DNA of 64,000 bases, taken from NCBI GenBank assembly GCA_043803105.1, contig JAZDKJ010000006.1, positions 468,671-532,670 of the forward strand, read 5' to 3'. The DNA comes from Candidatus Woesearchaeota archaeon (GTDB lineage: Archaea > Nanobdellota > Nanobdellia > Woesearchaeales > JAZDKJ01). A model generated the notes under the pieces. The model was not told where the DNA came from, did not search any database, and saw nothing but the letters and a program-made list of their open reading frames with translations. How positions within the stretch are numbered: the stretch's first letter is position 1; the number at the start of each line of letters is the position of its first letter. Positions 27,236-36,277 of this stretch are shown in pieces. The translations under genes were made by a program, and so were the position numbers.

Positions 27236-28346
27236 TTTGAACTAGTTTGTACGCTATTGCCTTGCTGTCAAGCTGCTTCTGTTTTGTAAATGCCTTCTGC
27301 ACTTCTGAATCAATTGACTTCATTGTCTGGCTTATCTGCTCCTCAAATGGTCTGATGTCCACAATGTCTGTGGGCGGGTTCTCATAAAAAACCTGGGCTG
27401 TGTTCAGGAGCCCTCCAAGGTATCTTCGGCTTACCTGCATCAAGCCAACCAATTGCTGCCCACTCTCTAGTGATTGTGCCATGTCCTCGCATACCTCATG
27501 CACATTTCTTGTTGACACATTGAGCTGCCTTACCATTGTGCAGAAATTGCGCATATAGCTTACTATCTGCTCAGCAAGGTATTTTGGTATGTCAAGACAT
27601 TTTCTGTATACTGTGAGCGCATTCTTCTGGTTTATTGATAATGCCACATTTGTGTCATGCTCCTTTAGCTGGTATTTTGTCTTTATCACCAGGTTCTCAA
27701 GGTCTTCCTTGTTGTTGAGGGTCTTTGCAAAGCCAGTTTCAGTGATTTTCATTGCCTCAAGCTTCTTGACCAGGTTTGCCAGCACTGACTCATACTTTCC
27801 CAGAAGCTTGTACTTGGTGTCAAAGCCGGTTTTTTCCTCAACAAGCATGGCAACATAATCCTTCTCTAGCTTTCTCATGACAGAGGTTGCCTTGTCTATA
27901 TTGGAGATAGTCACACCGGTTTCCTTTGCCAGCTCTTCTATTTTGGTTGCAGATTGCTCTATCATGTTGTAAAGGTCTTGCGGTGTTCCCTCATTCAATG
28001 GCACATCTGCCTCAACTTTCTCAAGAAGTGTCTTCTCCACCTTCACTGTCTTAAGCGGCAATTTTAGCACGCTTCGCACAAGGTTGCTAACTGATTGTGC
28101 TGGCTGTTCAGTCACTACCTTTCTTTGGCGTTCCTGTTCCTCTTTCTTTCTGTACTCTCTTTGCAGATACTCTTTTAGGCTGCTTTGCAGGAATTCCAGT
28201 TGTGACCTCATTTTCTGGTACTTATTCTTGTCTGCTATAACTTCAACCTCTGGCAAGGCTGTGCTCTGCCTTTGCCTTGTTTCAGTTGTCTGCACTGCCT
28301 CTTCAAGAAGTTCCTCGGCGAGCTTGTTTACGTCTGCGTTTCCCAT
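27228..28346 (-). CDS. Coiled-coil protein, 372 aa (operon member)
   Basis: Long heptad-like charged segments. No enzymatic motif recognised. Confidence 0.5.
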   Translation of the reverse strand: MGNADVNKLAEELLEEAVQTTETRQRQSTALPEVEVIADKNKYQKMRSQLEFLQSSLKEYLQREYRKKEEQERQRKVVTEQPAQSVSNLVRSVLKLPLKTVKVEKTLLEKVEADVPLNEGTPQDLYNMIEQSATKIEELAKETGVTISNIDKATSVMRKLEKDYVAMLVEEKTGFDTKYKLLGKYESVLANLVKKLEAMKITETGFAKTLNNKEDLENLVIKTKYQLKEHDTNVALSINQKNALTVYRKCLDIPKYLAEQIVSYMRNFCTMVRQLNVSTRNVHEVCEDMAQSLESGQQLVGLMQVSRRYLGGLLNTAQVFYENPPTDIVDIRPFEEQISQTMKSIDSEVQKAFTKQKQLDSKAIAYKLVQNG

Positions 28347-28594
28347 CTTATCACCCTGCCATTATACAGGACGAGATGCTTATTTAGTGTTATTAAGAAA
28401 AAAGCGCAATTGTTTCCAAGAATCCGAAAAATTAATTGGATAGTTCGAAATTTTGCTTGTTGTTTGGGGTTCCATCCCGCAGACGGCACATCAAACTTAG
28501 GGTTGGTTGCAATAGCAATCTTCTCAGGCACATTCCCTTCTCGAAACATGTCTAACAAGCCAGCTGTCGCTAACTGCACATTTTTGTTCATCAT
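28328..28594 (-). CDS. Small hypothetical protein, first gene of the operon
   Basis: ATG 28594 is preceded by the Shine-Dalgarno-like TGAGGTGAT. The 3' end overlaps the next gene by 19 nt. Confidence 0.4.
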   Translation of the reverse strand: MMNKNVQLATAGLLDMFREGNVPEKIAIATNPKFDVPSAGWNPKQQAKFRTIQLIFRILGNNCAFFLITLNKHLVLYNGRVIRWETQT

Positions 28595-28662
28595 AGAAAT
28601 CACCTCAATGATTTTTTCTTTTCAATCAAAAAAAGAAAAAATATCTACCTAATAGAAATTGG

Positions 28663-29907
28663 TTACTGTGACAGCTTCTGGTTGATTGCTTTAAGATTAA
28701 ACATGATAATCTGCTGGAGCACCAAACCGAGCTTTTTGTCGTCCCTTTTCTTTGCCCCTTTTGTGGAAAATACATACTCCTCAAGCAAGCCCAAAGGTAT
28801 GTCTAGAATGGGGATATCATTCATAAGCAAGAAATGAAATGTGATTAGCCTTGTAGTTCTGCTGTTTCCGTCAAAAAACGGATGTATATGCTGGAATTCA
28901 TTGTGTAGGTAGGCTGCGAATTCAAGAATCTCACGAAGAGAATGTTTTTTCTTCTTATTGAACTCATTGTATTTTTGCAGCAGTTCTGCAATCATTCCCT
29001 CAATCTCGTTATAATGTGCTACCTTGTAATCCGCATTCCCCCTGATAATAACCTTGTTATCCCTAAATCTGCCAGCAATCTCTTTCTTATGCTGCATTGC
29101 AATAAAGTGGTAATTCAGTATATTTTCCTTTGTAATGACAGGATCATCCTGGATATTCTCTATCATTTTCAAGAAGGCTTTTTGGTAATTTTCAACCTCA
29201 TGGATAGATTCCATGCTTAAGTTTTCAGGAACTATTTTATCCCTAAGAAGTTTAAATGTCTGTGCTAATGTGATTGGGTTGCCCTCGATGCTTAAGCTAT
29301 GGTGAATGAATTTAATCTGGTACGTTTCTGTCAATTCTTGGTATTTTCTTTCATTTGAGACTCTAAGCTTCTTGAACCTAGAAAGCTCTGATTGAATTTC
29401 ATCAAAATAATCATCTTCTTTTTTCTTAGTTACCATGGGATGATGCCCGTAGTACGCAATAAGATCACCAAGAAATGAATTATATGGAACTACAGCTTTG
29501 AATGGCTTTCTTGAAAGCACCAACATAAAACCATTTTTCTCAAGAATGCCAGAAACTTTTGAGACGGTTTTTGCATTCAGGCCAAGGTCTTTCATTCCGA
29601 ATAATTTTTTTAAGAACGCTTTGCTCAGGTATTTTGCTACAGACTCATCAAACAACTCATTATAATTAACGCCATTCTTTATGCAGTATTTCAGCATATC
29701 ATAAAGATGCTGGTGCTTAGCATTCATAGTTGCCTGGTACCCATATTTATTTTTTTCAATGAGCTTCATCCCAACAAGAGTGTCAAGTATTTTTCGAATC
29801 CTCTGGTATTCTGTTGTTTTCCTCTTAAAGGCTTTGACAATATCTATGCTGCCTTTTGGATTGCCGCTCTTGTATAATTCAACAAAAACATCATATTTTG
29901 TTACCAT
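28663..29907 (-). CDS. Fic-domain protein with N-terminal wHTH
   Basis: Fic motif HPFFDGNSRTTRL. N-terminal wHTH (IDIVKAFKRKTTEYQRIRKILDTLVGMKLIEK). ATG 29907 is preceded by AGGTGG. Confidence 0.85.
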   Translation of the reverse strand: MVTKYDVFVELYKSGNPKGSIDIVKAFKRKTTEYQRIRKILDTLVGMKLIEKNKYGYQATMNAKHQHLYDMLKYCIKNGVNYNELFDESVAKYLSKAFLKKLFGMKDLGLNAKTVSKVSGILEKNGFMLVLSRKPFKAVVPYNSFLGDLIAYYGHHPMVTKKKEDDYFDEIQSELSRFKKLRVSNERKYQELTETYQIKFIHHSLSIEGNPITLAQTFKLLRDKIVPENLSMESIHEVENYQKAFLKMIENIQDDPVITKENILNYHFIAMQHKKEIAGRFRDNKVIIRGNADYKVAHYNEIEGMIAELLQKYNEFNKKKKHSLREILEFAAYLHNEFQHIHPFFDGNSRTTRLITFHFLLMNDIPILDIPLGLLEEYVFSTKGAKKRDDKKLGLVLQQIIMFNLKAINQKLSQ

Positions 29908-30061
29908 ATGAACCACCTAATTTGTACCGCTTAATAAATCTTTCTATTTGGTACAAGAAATACAAAAAATGTGTACTTTTTGTACTAAATAACATATTTA
30001 ATAAATAAGCGTATAATGCACAAAAAGCAAAGAAAAATTGTAAAAATCATGCTAAATAGCA

Positions 30062-30541
30062 TCAAATATCAAGTTGTAATTGGAGCTTCCTCTCCACGAA
30101 TGAGAACAATGATTTGATATAAATTTCAAATTTGAGCTTATAGCTTGTCCAAATTTCTTTAGTGACGCCTTGCCCGCGGTATTGAATACCGTTTCTGAGT
30201 AGCCTCATCGTTTCCAAAGTTTCCCAGTCAAATTCAAAATCTGGATGCTTGACACAAAGATGAGCACCAATGCATTTATGATCCCCGGGCTTTATTTGAT
30301 CAAGGATTGCTATCACATGAATAAGCATCCTCATTACATCATAGCGATTAGAGAACAGCTTTGGGTAGTTTGTCGTATTTTTCTCTCTTGTTTTTTCAAA
30401 TTCCAGAGCTTCTACCCAATCAGCTTTTGCCTGCTTGTAAAGCGATTCGGCCAGCTCCTTGTCAATTGTTTCAGCTGAAATGATTTTTCCGCTTGCTTGA
30501 CACTCATTGTAAGCATCATCCAATTCTTCGATTTTTTTCAT
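30062..30541 (-). CDS. HEPN-domain protein
   Basis: 159 aa helical protein with ETMRLLRNGIQYRG. Overlaps the upstream MNT gene by 4 nt. Confidence 0.65.
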   Translation of the reverse strand: MKKIEELDDAYNECQASGKIISAETIDKELAESLYKQAKADWVEALEFEKTREKNTTNYPKLFSNRYDVMRMLIHVIAILDQIKPGDHKCIGAHLCVKHPDFEFDWETLETMRLLRNGIQYRGQGVTKEIWTSYKLKFEIYIKSLFSFVERKLQLQLDI

Positions 30542-31107
30542 GATGCAGCCACCTCCATAACTTCATAGATGTCCCCTTTGACAACATATCCTCGAAGGAC
30601 ATTCTTCAATAATCCTGATTTGACTTCTTCCATCTCTTTTTTTGTATGGAACGTGTGAACCTGAACTTCTCTGCTCTGACCTTGGAATCCTAATCCTTTC
30701 CAATACCTTCCAAACTTGAAATTCTCACTTTCTCCGTAGACGAACACATCAACATCGCTGTCCGTGGTCCAATCTGTTCTGACATAGCTCCCGAAGATGA
30801 TGATTGTCTTTGCATTTTTTAATCTTTGCAATTCTTGAATAAGACCAGTTCCATAAAGCTTTTGCAGGGCATATAATTTTTTTTTGGCTCTATATTCGGG
30901 TTCCTCATAATTGCCAATGAAATAAGGCATCTTATCTTTTGGTTTTATTCGCTTTATGATTTTATCCTTCTGAAACCGCCTCAGCCATTTACCTGCTATA
31001 TTGATGCTGACACCTGAAGTTTCCACTATGTTAGAGAAATGCCATTGCTTAGTGGGCTCATTCATAAACAGCTCCAACACCCTTTCTTCCTTTGATAAAC
31101 TCGGCAT
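30538..31107 (-). CDS. Minimal nucleotidyltransferase (MNT) with N-terminal wHTH
   Basis: IIIFGSYVRTDWTTDSDVDVFVY. Confidence 0.8.
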   Translation of the reverse strand: MPSLSKEERVLELFMNEPTKQWHFSNIVETSGVSINIAGKWLRRFQKDKIIKRIKPKDKMPYFIGNYEEPEYRAKKKLYALQKLYGTGLIQELQRLKNAKTIIIFGSYVRTDWTTDSDVDVFVYGESENFKFGRYWKGLGFQGQSREVQVHTFHTKKEMEEVKSGLLKNVLRGYVVKGDIYEVMEVAAS

Positions 31108-31205
31108 AATATTACCTCTAAGACGCAGTATTATTTAAATGTTTTGTTTTTTTGATTTTTTAAGCACTTCCTCAAAGCTCCTTTTAAACAGCCATTCTCT
31201 TATCC

Positions 31206-31427
31206 TTATTTCTCAAATCCATAGCTCTTCCCAACTGCATACATTGCTTTCATGACTTGCTCTCTGTCCTCAGAGATTAACGACCTTATCCTGTCCTCTA
31301 TTGTCATCTTCTGCTCTATTGCAGCAGGCGCTTTGTACTCATGGTACTTGTATCCTCCGTAGAAGGAAAGCCCGATTATGGCTAAGCTTGTTGCAGTCCT
31401 TACTAGCCCCATCTCAATCACCTGCAA
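31206..31427 (-). CDS. Small membrane protein
   Basis: One TM helix (TATSLAIIGLSFYGGY). Overlaps the upstream gene. Confidence 0.4.
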   Translation of the reverse strand: MQVIEMGLVRTATSLAIIGLSFYGGYKYHEYKAPAAIEQKMTIEDRIRSLISEDREQVMKAMYAVGKSYGFEK

Positions 31428-31836
31428 AGTATTGCTTCAGTGTGTTGTACATGAACCTTGCATCCTTTTTTGTGTTTTGCCATTCTTGCTTCACCTTCTT
31501 GTCTATTGTCGGCTTGACCAGTTCCCAGCTCTGTTCATTTGGCATTGCCGCCAGTTGTTTCTTGATAAGGCTATTTTTCTCAGATTCTGGAAACTTGCTC
31601 CAGATATCTTCGCTTAGCCCGTTTCGTACAGCATAGTCAGACATCCTCAGCATTGTACTCTTCCCGACATATCCTGCCCGGGTCTGAAGCTCATTTATGC
31701 CGTACCCTGCTGCCCCAATCAAAGCAGCTGAAGCAGCAATCAAAAGCGTCTGCCGCCATCTATTTTCAACCGTTTTCTCATCCAAGACTTTTGTTTCCAA
31801 TATTTTTTCTTCTGTCATATCAAACACCAAGAACAT
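31414..31836 (-). CDS. Hypothetical single-pass membrane protein
   Basis: TM helix TLLIAASAALIGAAGYGI. No motif recognised. Confidence 0.4.
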   Translation of the reverse strand: MFLVFDMTEEKILETKVLDEKTVENRWRQTLLIAASAALIGAAGYGINELQTRAGYVGKSTMLRMSDYAVRNGLSEDIWSKFPESEKNSLIKKQLAAMPNEQSWELVKPTIDKKVKQEWQNTKKDARFMYNTLKQYFAGD

Positions 31837-31987
31837 CTAAGCTTTCGGTTTTAATATGGTTTTCTAACCAAAAAGCAAAGGATTTTCAAGAAAGATGTAA
31901 TCCCTTTCGTATTCAAAGGAAATTAATTTAGAACTTTTTTCCGGCCTTGTCTGAATGTTTAAATAGTTATATGCAACAACCAGTCCT

Positions 31988-32500
31988 ATGGAGGTTATTA
32001 AGGAAGGGGCAAAATGCCTAATCAAAGGCAATAAGCAGGCAACAATGGAGCTTGACACTTGTTGCGGTATTGTTATTTACGGCAAAGGCGCTGCTGGTGA
32101 AAAGCTTGTTGGAGCTGCGCACTGTGTTGTACCTTCTTATTTTGAGCATTTTCTTCAATTGGAGTGCTATCTTTCAGGTATCATACTGCCTGAGGATTTT
32201 CTCACTACCCCTAACAAGGCTGTTTCCGCCTTGCTGTCATTGTTGAAAAGGAAGAATCCTTGTGCTTTGACAGCGATAATTGCTGGCTGCCAGTTAGGAA
32301 AATATGGCTATGACAATGAGCAAGAGGCTCGAAATGCTCTGGCTTCCGAGCATATCCCTGTCTTAAACTCCCGCTTAACCGGTCTTTCGTACACGATAGG
32401 CCTTGTTGTTTCTGTTGATTTTTTAGTTGCACAATTCCTAGAGCCTTCTGACAAATCAGTGGTTTATCCAGCAAGAAAAGTTCCTCTTGTATATAATTGA
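31988..32500 (+). CDS. CheD-like (Cys-His deamidase fold) protein
   Basis: LDTCCGIVIYGKGAAGEKLVGAAHCVVP, AIIAGCQ and EARNAL...LTG line up with CheD blocks recalled from memory (LGSC..V....kvGgmAHvmLP, akiaGGa, iG.rN...TGG). Confidence 0.45.
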   Translation: MEVIKEGAKCLIKGNKQATMELDTCCGIVIYGKGAAGEKLVGAAHCVVPSYFEHFLQLECYLSGIILPEDFLTTPNKAVSALLSLLKRKNPCALTAIIAGCQLGKYGYDNEQEARNALASEHIPVLNSRLTGLSYTIGLVVSVDFLVAQFLEPSDKSVVYPARKVPLVYN

Positions 32501-32534
32501 TAAACTGTATGATAAACATTGAAAACCTAAAGAA

Positions 32535-33251
32535 TTAAGCCTTTGGTTGCCCTATGATTACTTCGTCTGTCAAATGATGAAATTCCGTTGACAAAGTAGC
32601 TAGGTATTTTGGGTCAACTTGTGCTGGTTCTTTTATGTAAAGGTTCAGAACAAGGATTTGTCCCTTCATTCCGGCTTCTACGGTTAATTTGGAATCAAGA
32701 GCGGTAGTAAGCCCTACTGGTACATTTCTACGGACTCTGCTTTGTAATATGTCTGTAAGCCGCTCCAAAGTTTGGGCTCCAGAAGCAGCTTCTAAAGGAA
32801 GATCGAGTACAGTTTGAAATCTACCAAGATAAGTCTTATCCTTTCGGCAAAGATAGTTGCATGATGGAAATTTTCCCATCAAATCTATCATTGCTGAGTG
32901 TGAACTGCAGAAATCAAATACAGATTGCCAGTTTCCATAATGGAAATGCCATGCAAATTGATATGGCCTCATATCATCTAAAGTCATCTGTGTGACAGTT
33001 TCCCTGATTATGTTGCCCTCTTCTGGCTTGATTGTTTTTTGTGAGATTTCTAATCCAGAGAGTTCGTACACCACATTGCCAAGCACTGGGCCTTCCTTGC
33101 CCAAAATCGTGGTTTCAAGCTCAAATCTCTCTATTGGTTGAAGCTGGCCGAATTTCTTCCTGACATCTCTGAAGACTTCCTGGGAATCTGCCCAGACCTT
33201 TGCTATAAGATCTGCGGCCGGAGTGTAAAGTGTGGCTGTGCTTTTATCCAT
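32535..33251 (-). CDS. Hypothetical protein
   Basis: 238 aa. TATA-like TTTAAATAA lies upstream. No motif recognised. Confidence 0.45.
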   Translation of the reverse strand: MDKSTATLYTPAADLIAKVWADSQEVFRDVRKKFGQLQPIERFELETTILGKEGPVLGNVVYELSGLEISQKTIKPEEGNIIRETVTQMTLDDMRPYQFAWHFHYGNWQSVFDFCSSHSAMIDLMGKFPSCNYLCRKDKTYLGRFQTVLDLPLEAASGAQTLERLTDILQSRVRRNVPVGLTTALDSKLTVEAGMKGQILVLNLYIKEPAQVDPKYLATLSTEFHHLTDEVIIGQPKA

Positions 33252-33510
33252 AGTACTGAGTGATGCGCATTCATTATTTAAAGCTTTCTGGAAATTACTA
33301 CTTTAGCATAGTCACCTTTCCACTAAGAGGCTGCTGTCACTGGCGGTGGTGCCGGAGGCGGGCTTGGAGGCGGCTGGCTCACTTGCGGTGGAGTTAACGG
33401 TGGGTGCAGGCGGTTGGCGCTTTGGGCTAGCAGCTGGTCGAGCTCCTGAAGGATATTGCAGACTCCGCTTCAAGCAAATCTTTATATAAACATCAAATTA
33501 ACCTTAGCTA

Positions 33511-34014
33511 ATGAAAAATCGTGCAGTTGGCTTCCTTGTTGTTGGTATTGCTATTCTAATAGCAGTGATAATTTTTGCCTTCAACCGCGCTCTGAATAAG
33601 ATTGTGAACACCTCGTGTTCTCACGGCCCAACCTGCCCTATGTGGGGCACTATTGATTTCCAGACCTATGTAAGCTTGGGTGTGATGGGTTTTGTTTTGA
33701 TTGTAGGTTTGTACCTTATCTTCTTTGGCAAGGAAGAGCGGCTTGTGACAAAGATAATCAAGGTCAAGGAGCAGATCCAGCCGAGAAAGGTCAGCAGGCC
33801 GCATTATCAGAAAGTCTTGGCAGACCTGCCTCATAACGAAAAAAGCGTGATGGGCTTGGTCATTGATTCTGAAGGCTCAATCATGCAGTCAGACCTTGTG
33901 GAAAAGAGCAAGTTGTCAAAGGTGAACGTTACAAGAGTCCTTGACAGGCTTGAGGGCCGTGGATTGATCGAGCGCAAGCGCCGCGGCATGACCAATGTGG
34001 TGATATTGAAGTGA
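33511..34014 (+). CDS. Membrane-anchored winged-HTH regulator with an extracytoplasmic Cys/His/Met loop
   Basis: Order is TM1, loop NTSCSHGPTCPMWG, TM2, then a cytoplasmic MarR-like wHTH (IMQSDLVEKSKLSKVNVTRVLDRLEGRGLIERKRRG). First gene of the copper cluster. Confidence 0.65.
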   Translation: MKNRAVGFLVVGIAILIAVIIFAFNRALNKIVNTSCSHGPTCPMWGTIDFQTYVSLGVMGFVLIVGLYLIFFGKEERLVTKIIKVKEQIQPRKVSRPHYQKVLADLPHNEKSVMGLVIDSEGSIMQSDLVEKSKLSKVNVTRVLDRLEGRGLIERKRRGMTNVVILK

Positions 34015-34517
34015 ACATGTTTTTCTTTGCCTTCCTTGGACTTTTGTTTTATGCCTCAATTATGCTAGTGAAGTCATATCTTCATCCCAAAACAACCCTG
34101 CTTATGATGTTGTTGCACTTGCTCTCAGCCTTAATTGCCATAGTCTCTTACGCAATTTTCGCTTTTGACGAAATGATCATCTCCTTCTGGCTGCTCATAG
34201 GTCTTACCCTTGTGGCTCTTGGCCTCTTGATCAATGTCTTTGCTTTTAAGGCTCTTCGGTCTCAGGCATTTGACCCGGGAAAATCTCTCATTACTTCAGG
34301 CATTTACGGCCAGGTCAGAAATCCGATGTACTCAGGGATCATGCTTGCTGCTTATGGTTCGTTTCTTTTTTCCTTTTCTGCCTATGCCTTGTTATATTGT
34401 GTTCTTGTGACCTTCCTCTTGTACTTGGTTGTTTTTGGCGAAGAAGCTTACCTCGCCAAGACCTTTGGCAAGAAGTTTATTTCTTACCAGGTCAAGGTCC
34501 CAAGATTCTTGCCTTGA
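34011..34517 (+). CDS. Isoprenylcysteine carboxyl methyltransferase (ICMT/PEMT)-family membrane protein
   Basis: GIYGQVRNPMYSGIML motif within 4-5 TM helices. Start is GTG 34011 or ATG 34017. Confidence 0.65.
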   Translation: MNMFFFAFLGLLFYASIMLVKSYLHPKTTLLMMLLHLLSALIAIVSYAIFAFDEMIISFWLLIGLTLVALGLLINVFAFKALRSQAFDPGKSLITSGIYGQVRNPMYSGIMLAAYGSFLFSFSAYALLYCVLVTFLLYLVVFGEEAYLAKTFGKKFISYQVKVPRFLP

Positions 34518-34577
34518 AACTAGTTTCAGGCCAATGGTTATAAGCTGTTTCAATAACCTACAAACTGGTGATTTCAA

Positions 34578-34781
34578 ATGGAAAAAAAGTTTTCAATCAA
34601 GGGTATGCATTGCCACAGCTGTGAGGTCTTGATCAAGGATTCACTGCAGGATCTTCCTGGTGTAGCAAATGTAAATGCAAATCAAAAGTCTGGCTTTGCA
34701 GAGGTTGTTTTCGACCAGTCAAGGGTAACGGAAGCGCAGTTGAAGCAAACAATAAGGCAATGCGGTTTTGAGGTGGTCTAG
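34578..34781 (+). CDS. copZ: HMA-domain copper chaperone
   Basis: FSIKGMHCHSCEVLIKD metal-binding loop in a 67 aa ferredoxin-like fold. Confidence 0.85.
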   Translation: MEKKFSIKGMHCHSCEVLIKDSLQDLPGVANVNANQKSGFAEVVFDQSRVTEAQLKQTIRQCGFEVV

Positions 34782-36239
34782 ATGAGCGATAACGATGAAC
34801 AAAAGCCTGAGCATTTTGTCACAAGGCGCTTTAGTGCCTCTGGCACAACCTGCCAGAACTGTGCTGAGCTCATCAAGCGCCAGGCTTTAAAGGTTGACGG
34901 TGTTAAATCCGCACATTTTGATTATCCAAGCGAGACAGGCTCTGTTACCTATGATCCCTCAAAGACAGACTTTGATGCTATTCTTTACAAGATTGAGGAA
35001 AAGGGTTACACCTGTTTCATACTTGATGAAAAGTCTTCGCAAAGCAAACAGTCTCTTGGTTGGATTTTCGGCATTCTGGGCTTGCTTGTCGTTGGATATT
35101 TTGCCATAGGGCTCATTCACAATGTGCAGATTCCCCAAATCACCCAGAACATGGGCTATGGGCTCTTGTTTGTGGTAGGCCTTCTTACTGGCTTTCATTG
35201 TATTGCTATGTGCGGTGGCTTTGTTGTTGGATATACTGCAAAGGATACACAGCAAGGTAAGAGCTCACATCTTTCCCATCTTTGGTATGGTACTGGAAAG
35301 GTTATCTCCTACACAATCATTGGAGCTGCATTTGGGCTCTTGGGGTCAATTATCGCTTTTACTCCAACAATGAGAGGCATTGCAGGAATTGTTGCTGGAA
35401 TTTTCCTAGTGATTTTTGGCTTAAGGATGCTTAACGTCTTTCCTGTGCTTCGGAAGTTTCAGTTTAAGGCTCCTGGTTTTATTTCCAGGATTACTGGCGG
35501 CAAGAGCAACAGCCCGCTGGTTGTGGGCTTGCTTAACGGCCTGATGATTGCCTGCGGTCCTTTGCAGGCAATATACATTATGGCAGCAGGCACAGGCAGC
35601 CTTATTGAGGGAGCAAAATTGTTGTTCATCTTTGCGCTTGGAACTTTGCCTGTCATGCTTGGATTCGGCTACTTCACCAGTTTTGTGTCAGGCAAGTTGA
35701 CAGCCAAGATTCTAAAGGCTTCGGGGGCAGTGGTTATTTTGCTTGGGCTGATGATGCTCAACAATGGTCTCGTCCTTACAGGCGCAGGCTATGATTTCAA
35801 GAGTATCGTAGGAACAGACACCCCTGCAATACAGTCAGTGAGCGCCGCTCCCTTAAGCCAAGGTTTTCAGGAAATCCATATGACTGTCGATGCCAATGGC
35901 TTTACCCCAAGCAGTTTTGTGCTCCAGAAGGGTGTGCCTGTGAAGTGGATTATTGACGGCAAGCAGATTACATCGTGCAACAAGGCTATTCAGGTGCCAG
36001 CCTATGGCTTGCAGTTTGATATAAAGCCTGGTTTGCAGACTATTGAATTCACTCCAACTGATGTAGGCACTATTAGGTGGAGCTGCTGGATGGGAATGAT
36101 TCACGGCACTTTCATTGTAAAGGATCAGGTGACTGCAGCAGACCAAGCAGCTGTTGCCCAGGCTGCTACAGCGCCTTCCGGTGCAGGAACCTGCAACATG
36201 GGTTCTGGTGGAGGCTGCGGCTGCGGCATGATGAATTAA
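34782..36239 (+). CDS. HMA - DsbD_2/TauE-like permease - cupredoxin-like fusion protein
   Basis: N-terminal HMA (SGTTCQNCAELIKRQA). Six or more TM helices including HCIAMCGGFV. C-terminal beta domain with ITSCNKAI...WSCWMGMIHGTF. Cys/Gly tail GSGGGCGCGMMN. Confidence 0.65.
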   Translation: MSDNDEQKPEHFVTRRFSASGTTCQNCAELIKRQALKVDGVKSAHFDYPSETGSVTYDPSKTDFDAILYKIEEKGYTCFILDEKSSQSKQSLGWIFGILGLLVVGYFAIGLIHNVQIPQITQNMGYGLLFVVGLLTGFHCIAMCGGFVVGYTAKDTQQGKSSHLSHLWYGTGKVISYTIIGAAFGLLGSIIAFTPTMRGIAGIVAGIFLVIFGLRMLNVFPVLRKFQFKAPGFISRITGGKSNSPLVVGLLNGLMIACGPLQAIYIMAAGTGSLIEGAKLLFIFALGTLPVMLGFGYFTSFVSGKLTAKILKASGAVVILLGLMMLNNGLVLTGAGYDFKSIVGTDTPAIQSVSAAPLSQGFQEIHMTVDANGFTPSSFVLQKGVPVKWIIDGKQITSCNKAIQVPAYGLQFDIKPGLQTIEFTPTDVGTIRWSCWMGMIHGTFIVKDQVTAADQAAVAQAATAPSGAGTCNMGSGGGCGCGMMN

Positions 36240-36277
36240 AGCAAATATTTAAATTCGTCAATCTAATATACAATAAT

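Noticed and set aside
36077-36277. N-terminal 67-codon extension of copA given in the ORF track.
   Set aside because: The extension overlaps the preceding gene and has an odd Cys/Arg-rich sequence. A TATA-like box and an ATG immediately before the HMA domain (36278) give a canonical CopA.
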